DNA from: Utricularia gibba
Lineage: Eukaryota; Plantae; Magnoliophyta
Assembly (NCBI GenBank): GCA_002189035.1
Contig: NEEC01000451.1
Location: forward strand, 1 to 14,187
DNA: 14,187 nt
Direction: 5' to 3'
The notes beneath the pieces were generated by a model. It did not search any database. It was not told the DNA's origin and saw only the letters and a program-made list of their open reading frames with translations. Positions within the stretch are counted from its first letter, which is position 1; every line of letters starts with the position of its first letter. Positions 1 to 8,800 of the stretch are shown here, one piece after another. The translations under genes were made by a program, and so were the position numbers.

Positions 1-2181
1 TGCACCCCAAGACCGCCTCCTCAAGTATAAAGTAAGTTGTTGAAAAAATCATGTGGGGTGCACGTGATATCGTAATTTAAAAAAGGCATCATTTTTTTTA
101 ATCGATTTGCATCCGGTTGACCTCATGAGCCATACATAATCGGGGTCAAGGACCAAGTTCCCAGCGAGACTGGCCGCCACAAAACGAGAAGCTGTTCCTT
201 GAAAAACCATGTAGGCAGCCCCGAAAACTGAACTTTAATAAATATCACTTTATTTGCCGCTACAACTTACTTTCGGCCCAAGCCTTGACCTTTGTCCGTT
301 CCTCTTGCCCCCCAAGACCGCCTCCTCAAGTATAAAGTAAGTTGTTGAAAAATCATGTGGGGTGCACGTGATATCGTAATTTAAACAAAGGCATCATTTT
401 TTTTAATCGATTTGCATCCGGTTGACCTCATGAGCCATACATAATCGGGGTCAAGGACCAAGTTCCCAGCGAGACTGGCCGCCACAAAAACGAGAAGCTG
501 TTCCTTGAAAAACCATGTAGGCAGCCCCGAAAACTGAACGTTAATAAATACATCACTTTATTTCCGTACAACTAACTCTCGGCGCAAGCCAAACCTGACC
601 TTTGTCCCGTTCCAGGTGCACCCCAAGACCGCCTCCACAAGTATAAAGCAAGTTGTTGAAAAAATCATGTGGGGTGCACGTGATATCGTAATTAAAAACA
701 AAGCATCATTGTATTCATCGATTTGCATCCGGTTGACCTCATGAGCAATACATAATCGGGGTCAAGGACCAAGTTCCCAGCGAGACTGGCCGCCACAAAA
801 TGAGAAGCTGTTCCTTGAAAAACCATGTAGGCAGCCCCCGAAAACTGAACGTTAATAAATACATCACTTTATTTGCCGTGTTACAACTAACTCTCGGCGC
901 AAGCCAAACCTGACCTTTGTCCGTTCCAGGTGCACCCCAAGACCGCCTCCACAAGTATAAAGCAAGTTGTTGAAAAAATCATGTGGGGTGCACGTCATAT
1001 CGTAATTAAACAAATGCATCATTGTATTCATCGATTTGCATCCGGTTGACCTCATGAGCAATACATAATCGGGGTCAAGGACCAAGTTCCCAGCGAGACT
1101 GGCCGCCACAAAACGAGAAGCTGTTCCTCGAAAAACCATGTAGGCAGCCCCCGAAAACTGAACGTTAATAAATACATCACTTTATTTGCCGGGCTACAAC
1201 TAACTCTCGGTGCAAGCCAAACCTGACCTTTGTCCCGTTCTAGGTGCACCCCAAGACCGCCTCCCTAAGTATAAAGTAAGTTGTTGAAAAAATCATGTGG
1301 GGTGCACGTGATATCGTAATTTAAACAAATGCATCATTTTTTTAATCGATTTGCATCCGGTTGACCTCACGAGCCATACATAATCGGGGTCAAGGACCAA
1401 GTTCCCAGCGAGACTGGCCGCCACAAAACGAGAAGCTGTTCCTTGAAAACCATGTAGGCAGCCCCCGAAAACTGAACTTTAATAAATTTATCACTTTATT
1501 TGCCGGCTACAACTTACTTTCGGCCCAAGCCTAAGCTGACCTTTGTCCGGTTCCTCTTGCCCCCCAAGACCGCCTCCTCAAGTATAAAGTAAGTTGTTGA
1601 AAAAATCATGTGGGGTGCACGTGATATCGTAATTTAAACAAAGGCATCATTTTTTTAATCGATTTGCATCCGGTTGACCTCATGAGCCATACATAATCGG
1701 GGTCAAGGACCAAGTTCCCAGCGAGACTGGCCGCCACAAAAAACGAGAAGCTGTTCCTTGAAAAACCATGTAGGCAGCCCCCAAAAACTGAACGTTAATA
1801 AATACATCACTTTATTTTCCGGCTACAACTAACTCTCGGCGCAAGCCAAACCTGACCTTTGTCCCGTTCCAGGTGCACCCCAAGACCCCTCCACAAGTAT
1901 AAGTAAGTTGTTGAAAAAATCATGTGGGGTGCACGTGATATCGTAATTAAACAAAGCATCATTTTTTCATCGATTTGCATCCGGTTGACCTCATGAGCCA
2001 TACATAATCGGGGTCAAGGACCAAGTTCCCAGCGAGACTGGCCGCCACAAAACGAGAAGCTGTTCCTTGAAAACCATGTAGGCAGCCCCGAAAACTGAAC
2101 GTTAATAAATACATCACTTTATTTGCCGGGCTACAACTAACTCTCGGCGCAAGCCAAACCTGACCTTTGTCCGGTTCCTCT

Positions 2182-2494
2182 TGCCCCCCAAGACCGCCTC
2201 CTCAAGTATAAAGTAAGTTGTTGAAAAAATCATGTAGGGTGCACGTGATATCGTAATTTAAACAAATGCATCATTTTTTTCATCGATTTGCATCCTTTGT
2301 CCTCATGAGCCATAAAGAATCAGGGGCCCGGACCAAGTTCCTTGCGATACAGGCCGCCACAAAACGAGAAGCTGTTCCTTAAAAACCATGTAGGCAACCC
2401 CGAAAACCGAACCTTAATAAATACATCACTTTTCTTTGCCGGGCTACAAACTTACTTTCGGCCAAAGCCTATGCTGACCTTTGTCCGGTTCCTC
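2182..2494. repeat. Divergent-class monomer M8 (near-twin of M13)
   Basis: It carries the block CATCCTTTGTCCTCATGAGCCATAAAGAATCAGGGGCCCGGACCAAGTTCCTTGCGATACAGG. I count about 34 differences from the right-hand consensus by eye (~89% identity). Confidence 0.88.
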
Positions 2495-3748
2495 TTGCCC
2501 CCAAGACCACTCCTCAAGTATAAAGTAAGTTGTTGAAAAAATCATGTAGGGTGCACGTGATATCGTAATTTAAACAAATGCATCATTTTTTTTAATCGAT
2601 TTGCATCCGGTTGACCTCACGAGCCATACATAATCGGGTCAAGGACCAAGTTCCCAGCGAGACTGGCCGCCACAAAACAAGAAGCTGTTCCTTGAAAAAC
2701 CATGTAGGCAGCCCCCGAAAACTGAACGTTAATAAATATATCACTTTATTTGCCGTGTTACAACTTACTTTCGGCCCAAGCCTAAGCTGACCTTTGTCCG
2801 GTTCTCTTGCCCCCCAAGACCGCCTCCTCAAGTATAAAGTAAGTTGTTGAAAAAATCATGTAGGGTGCACGTGATATCGTAATTTAAACAAATGCATTAT
2901 TGTATTCATCGAATTGCATCCGGTTGACCTCACGAGCCATACATAATCGGGGTCAAGGACCAAGTTCCCAGCGAGACTGGCCGCCACAAAAACAAGAAGC
3001 TGTTCCTTGAAAAACCATGTAGGCAGCCCCCGAAAACTGAACGTTAATAAATATATCACTTTATTTGCCGTGTTACAACTAACTCTCGGCGCAAGCCAAA
3101 CCTGACCTTTGTCGCGTTCCAGGTGCACCCCAAGACCGCCTCCACAAGTATAAAGCAAGTTGTTGAAAAAATCATGTGGGGTGCACGTCATATCGTAATA
3201 TAAACAAATGCATCATTGTATTCATCGATTTGCATCCGGTTGACCTCATGAGCAATACATAATCGGGGTCAAGGACCAAGTTCCAGCGAGACTGGCCGCC
3301 ACAAAACGAGAAGCTGTTCCTCGAAAAACCATGTAGGCAGCCCCGAAAACTGAACGTTAATAAATACATCACTTTATTTGCCGGGCTACAACTAACTCTC
3401 GGTGCAAGCCAAACCTGACCTTTGTCCGTTCTAGTGCACCCCAAGACCGCCTCCCTAAGTATAAAGTAATTTGTTGAAAAAATCATGTGGGGTGCACGTG
3501 ATATCGTAATTTAAACAATGCATCATTTTTTTTAATCGATTTGCATCCGGTTGACCTCACGAGCCATACATAATCGGGGTCAAGGACCAAGTTCCCAGCG
3601 AGACTGGCCGCCACAAAACGAGAAGCTGTTCCTTGAAAACCATGTAGGCAGCCCCCGAAAACTGAACTTTAATAAATTTATCACTTTATTTGCCAGGCTA
3701 CAACTTACTTTCGGCCCAAGCCTAAGCTTACCTTTGTCCGGTTCCTCT

Positions 3749-5179
3749 TGCCCCCCAAGACCGCCTCCTCAATATAAAGTAAGTTGTTGAAAAAATCATG
3801 TAGGGTGCACGTGATATCGTAATTTAAACAAATGCATCATTTTCTTCATCGATTTGCATCCTTTTGTCCTCATGAGCCATAAAGAATCAGGGGCCCGGAC
3901 CAAGTTCCTTGCGATACAGGCCGCCACAAAACGAGAAGCTGTTCCTTTAAAAACCATGTTGGCAACCCCGAAAACCGAACCTTAATAAATACATCACTTT
4001 TCTTTGCCGGGCTACAACTTACTTTCGGCAAAGCCTATGCTGACCTTTGTCCGGTTCCTCTTGCCCCCAAGACCACCTCCTCAAGTATAAAGTTTGTTGA
4101 AAAAATCATGTAGGGTGCACGTGATATCGTAATTTAAACAAATGCATCATTTTTTTTCATCGATTTGCATCCGGTTGACCCCATGAGCCATACAGAATCG
4201 GGGTCAAGGACCAGGTTCCCAACGAGACTAGCGCCAAAAACGAGAAGATGTTCCTTGAAAAACCATGTAGGCAGCCCCGAAAACCGAACGTTAATAAATA
4301 CATCACATTCCTTGACGGGCTACAACTTACTTTCGGCCAAGCCTAAGCTGACCTTTGTCCGGTTCCTCTTGCCCCCAAGACCGCCTCCTCAAGTATAAAG
4401 TAAGTTGTTGAAAAAATCATGTAGGGTGCACGTGATATCGTAATTTAAACAAATGCATTATTGTATTCATCGATTGCATCCTTTGTACTCATGAGCCATA
4501 AAGAATCGGGGGCCCGGACCAAGTTCCTAGTGAGACTGGCCGCCACAAAACGAGAAGCTGTAGCTTGAAAAACCATGTAGGCAACCCCGAAAACCGAACG
4601 TTAAGAAATACATCACATTCTTTTGCCGGGCTACAACTTACTTTCGGCCCAAGCCTAGGCTGACCTTTTTCCGGTTCCTCTTACCCCGAAGACCACCTCC
4701 TCAAGTATAAAGTAAGTTGTTGAAAAAATCATGTAGGGTGCACGTGATATCGTAATTTAAACAAATGCATCATTGTATTTATCGATTTGCATCCTTTGTC
4801 CTCATGAGCCATAAAGAATCAGGGGCCGGACCAAGTTCCTAGCGAGACTGGCCGCCACTAAAGAGAAGTTGTTCCTTGAAAAACCCTGTAGCAACCCGGA
4901 AAACTGAACGTTAATACATGCATCTTTTCTTTGTCGGGCTACAACTTACTTTCGGCCAAGCCTATGGTGACCTTTGTCCGTTCCGCCCCCAAGACCACCT
5001 CCTCAAGTATAAAGTTGTTCAAAAAATCATGTAGGGTGCACGTGATATCGTAATTTAAACAAATGCATCATTGTATTCATGGATTTGCATCCTTTGTCCT
5101 CATGAGGCATAAAGAATTTTTATTTGCCGGGCTACAACTAACTCTTGCCCCAAGCCGACCCTGACCTTTGTCCCGTTCC
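3749..5179. repeat. Run of the most divergent monomers (M13-M17)
   Basis: All have CATGTAGGG and AAATGCAT. M13 and M15-M17 have CATCCTTTGT and ATAAAGAAT. Each also has private substitutions, e.g. GAGACTAGCGCC in M14, CTGTAGCTTG and TTACCCCGAAG in M15, CCACTAAAGAGAAGTT in M16. Confidence 0.88.
4983..5179. repeat. Internally deleted monomer M17 (~197 bp; ~111-bp deletion at ~5117/5118)
   Basis: ATAAAGAAT (5109-5117) is joined directly to TTTTATTTGCCGG (5118-5130). The 111 consensus bases from CGGGGTCAAG to TACATCAC are missing, and the anchor spacing is 197 bp. Confidence 0.93.
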
Positions 5180-5809
5180 AGGCACCCAAGACCGCCTCCA
5201 CAAGTATAAAGCAAGTTGTTTAAAAAATCATGTGGGGTGCACGTGATATCGTAATTTAAACAAAAGGCATCATTTTTTTTAATCAATTTGCATCCGGTTG
5301 ACCTCATGAGCAATACATAATCGGGGTCAAGGACCAAGTTCCCAGCGAGACTGGCCGCCACAAAACGAGAAGCTGTTCCTTGAAAAACCATGTAGGCAGC
5401 CCCCGAAAACTGAACGTTAATAAATACATCACTTTATTTTCCGAGCTACAACTAACTCTCGGCGCAAGCCAAACCTGACCTTGTCCCGTTCCAGGTGCAC
5501 CCCAAGACCGCCTCCACAAGTATAAAGCAAGTTGTTGAAAAAATAATGTGGGGTGCACGTGATATCGTAATTTAAACAAAGGCATCATTTTCTTTAATCG
5601 ATTTCCATCCGGTTGACCTCATGAGCCATACAGAATCGGGGTCAGGACCAAGTTCCCAGCGAGACTGGCCGCCACAAAATGAGAAGCTGTTCCTTGAAAA
5701 ACCATGTAGGCAGCCCCCGAAAACTGAACGTTAATAAATACATCACTTTATTTTCCGAGCTACAACTAACTCTCGCGCAAGCCAAACCTGACCTTTGTCC
5801 CGTTCTAGG
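5180..5809. repeat. Transitional monomers M18-M19
   Basis: They combine left-domain alleles (CCACAAG, AAAGCAAG; GAGCAATACATAAT and CCAGG in M18; AAAATGAG in M19) with the right-domain allele CCGAGCTAC. Confidence 0.8.
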
Positions 5810-8800
5810 TGCACCCCAAGACCGCCTCCTCAAGTATAAAGTAGGTTGTTGAAAAAAATCATGTGGGGTGCACGTGATATCGTAATTTAAACAAAGGCAT
5901 CATTTTTTTAATCGATTTGCATCCGGTTGACCTCATGAGCCATACAGAATCGGGGTCAAGGACCAAGTTCCCAGCGAGACTGGCCGCCACAAAACGAGAA
6001 GCTGTTCCTTTAAAAACCATGTAGGCAGCCCCCGAAAACTGAACGTTAATAAATACATCACTTTATTTGCCGAGCTTTAACTAACTCGGCGCAAGCCAAA
6101 CCTGACCTTTGTCCCGTTCTAGGTGCACCCCAAGACCGCCTCCTCAAGTATAAAGTAAGTTGTTGAAAAAATCATGTGGGGTGCACGTGATATCGTAATT
6201 TAAAAAAGGCATCATTTTCTTTAATCGATTTCCATCCGGTTGACCTCATGAGCCATACAGAATCGGGGTCAAGGACCAAGTTCCCAGCGAGACTGGCCGC
6301 CACAAAACGAGAAGCTGTTCCTTGAAAAACCATGTAGGCAGCCCCCGAAAACTGAACGTTAATAAATACATCACTTTATTTGCCGAGCTACAACTAACTC
6401 TCGGCGCAAGCCAAACCAACCTTTGTCCCGTTCTAGTGCACCCCAAGACCGCCTCCTCAAGTATAAAGTAAGTTGTTGAAAAAATCATGTGGGGTGCACG
6501 TGATATCGTAATTTAAACAAAGGCATCATTTTTTTAATCGATTTGCATCCGGTTGACCTCATGAGCCATACAGAATCGGGGTCAAGGACCAAGTTCCCAG
6601 CGAGACTGGCCGCCACAAAACGAGAAGCTGTTCCTTTAAAAACCATGTAGGCAGCCCCCGAAAACTGAACGTTAATAAATACATCACTTTATTTGCCGAG
6701 CTTAACTAACTCTCGGCGCAAGCCAAACCTGACCTTTGTCCCGTTCTAGGTGCACCCCAAGACGCCTCCTCAAGTATAAAAGTAAGTTGTTGAAAAAATC
6801 ATGTGGGGTGCACGTGATATCGTAATTTAAAGAAAGCATCATTTTCTTTAATCGATTTCCATCCGGTTGACCTCATGAGCCATACAGAATCGGGGTCAAG
6901 GACCAAGTTCCCAGCGAGACTGGCCGCCACAAAACGAGAAGCTGTTCCTTGAAAAACCATGTAGGCAGCCCCCGAAAACTGAACGTTAATAAATACATCA
7001 CTTTATTTGCCGAGCTACAACTAACTCTCGCGCAAGCCAAACCTGACCTTTGTCCCGTTCTAGGTGCACCCCAAGACCGCCCTCTCAAGTATAAAGTAAG
7101 TTGTTGAAAAAATCATGTGGGGTGCACGTGATATCGTAATTTAAACAAAGGCATCATTTTCTTTAATCGATTTCCATCCGGTTGACCTCATGAGCCATAC
7201 AGAATCGGGGTCAAGGACCAAGTTCCCAGCGAGACTGGCCGCCACAAAACGAGAAGCTGTTCCTTGAAAAACCATGTAGGCAGCCCCGAAAACTGAACGT
7301 TAATAAATACATCACTTTATTTGCGAGCTACAACTAACTCTCGGCGCAAGCCAAACCAGACCTTTGTCCCGTTCTAGGTGCACCCCAAGACCGCCTCCTC
7401 AAGTATAAAGTAAGTTGTTGAAAAAATCATGTGGGTGCACGTGATATCGTAATTTAAAAAGGCATCATTTTCTTTAATCGATTTCCATCCGGTTGACCTC
7501 ATGAGCCATACAGAATCGGGGTCAAGGACCAAGTTCCCAGCGAGACTGGCCGCCACAAAACGAGAAGCTGTTCCTTGAAAAACCATGTAGGCAGCCCCCG
7601 AAAACTGAACGTTAATAAATACATCACTTTATTTGCCGAGCTACAACTAACTCTCGCGCAAGCCAAACCAGACCTTTGTCCCGTTCTAGGTGCACCCCAA
7701 GACCGCCTCCTCAAGTATAAAGTAAGTTGTTGAAAAAATCATGTGGGGTGCACGTGATATCGTAATTTAACAAAGGCATCATTTTCTTTAATCGATTTCC
7801 ATCCGGTTGACCTCATGAGCCATACAGAATCGGGGTCAAGGACCAAGTTCCCAGCGAGACTGGCCGCCACAAAACGAGAAGCTGTTCCTTGAAAAACCAT
7901 GTAGGCAGCCCCCGAAAACTGAACGTTAATAAATACATCACTTTATTTGCCGAGCTACAACTAACTCTCGGCGCAAGCCAAACCTGACCTTTGTCCCGTT
8001 CTAGGTGCACCCCAAGACCGCCTCCTCAAGTATAAAGTAAGTTGTTGAAAAAATCATGTGGGGTGCACGTGATATCGTAATTTAAACAAAGGCATCATTT
8101 TTTTAATCGATTTGCATCCGGTTGACCTCATGAGCCATACAGAATCGGGGTCAAGGACCAAGTTCCCAGCGAGACTGGCCGCCACAAAACGAGAAGCTGT
8201 TCCTTGAAAAACCATGTAGGCAGCCCCCGAAAACTGAACGTTAATAAATACATCACTTTATTTGCCGAGCTACAACTAACTCTCGGCGCAAGCCAAACCT
8301 GACCTTTGTCCCGTTCTAGGTGCACCCCAAGACCGCCTCCACAAGTATAAAGTAAGTTGTTGAAAAAATCATGTGGGGTGCACGTGATATCGTAATTTAA
8401 ACAAAGGCATCATTTTCTTTAATCGATTTGCATCCGGTTGACCTCATGAGCCATACAGAATCGGGGTCAAGGACCAAGTTCCCAGCGAGACTGGCCGCCA
8501 CAAAACGAGAAGCTGTTCCTTGAAAAACCATGTAGGCAGCCCCGAAAACTGAACGTTAATAAATACATCACTTTATTTGCCGAGCTACAACTAACTCTCG
8601 GCGCAAGCCAAACCTGACTTTTGTCCCGTTCTAGGTGCACCCCAAGACCGCCTCCTCAAGTATAAAGTAAGTTGTTGAAAAAATCATGTGGGGTGCACGT
8701 GATATCGTAATTTAAAGAAAGGCATCATTTTCTTTAATCGATTTCATCCGGTTGACCTCATGAGCCATACAGAATCGGGGTCAAGGACCAAGTTCCCAGC

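Larger units (their letters stand above)
1..5179. repeat. Heterogeneous (mosaic) domain, monomers M1-M17, mixing two 3'-end types and several internal variant classes
   Basis: Two 3' ends are interspersed. Type X is CAACTAACTCTCGGCGCAAGCCAAACCTGACCTTTGTCCCGTTCYAGGTGCACCCC (M2-4, 6, 10, 11). Type Y is CAACTTACTTTCGGCCCAAGCCTAAGCTGACCTTTGTCCGGTTCCTCTTGCCCCCC (M1, 5, 8, 9, 12-16). Type Y never occurs after 5179. Confidence 0.92.

Noticed and set aside
58-149. Cluster of palindromic hexamers (GTGCAC, CACGTG, GATATC, ATCGAT, TCATGA) and G-box/W-box-like motifs (CACGTG, TTGACC)
   Set aside because: Such hexamers are common by chance, there is no adjacent gene, and nothing supports a regulatory role. 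They are useful only as restriction sites for ladder digests.
199-255. Phased A/T tracts producing intrinsic curvature
   Set aside because: A/T tracts are present, but I could not establish a consistent ~10.5-bp phase by eye. It would need a curvature calculation.
219-285. CENP-B box-like elements near CCCGAAAA and TTTCGGCCCAAG
   Set aside because: Neither matches the TTCG-N4-A-N2-CGGG spacing on either strand.
2234-2240. GTAGGG in divergent monomers as a degenerate telomere repeat
   Set aside because: It is a single-base variant of GTGGGG occurring once per monomer, and there are no TTAGGG or TTTAGGG runs.
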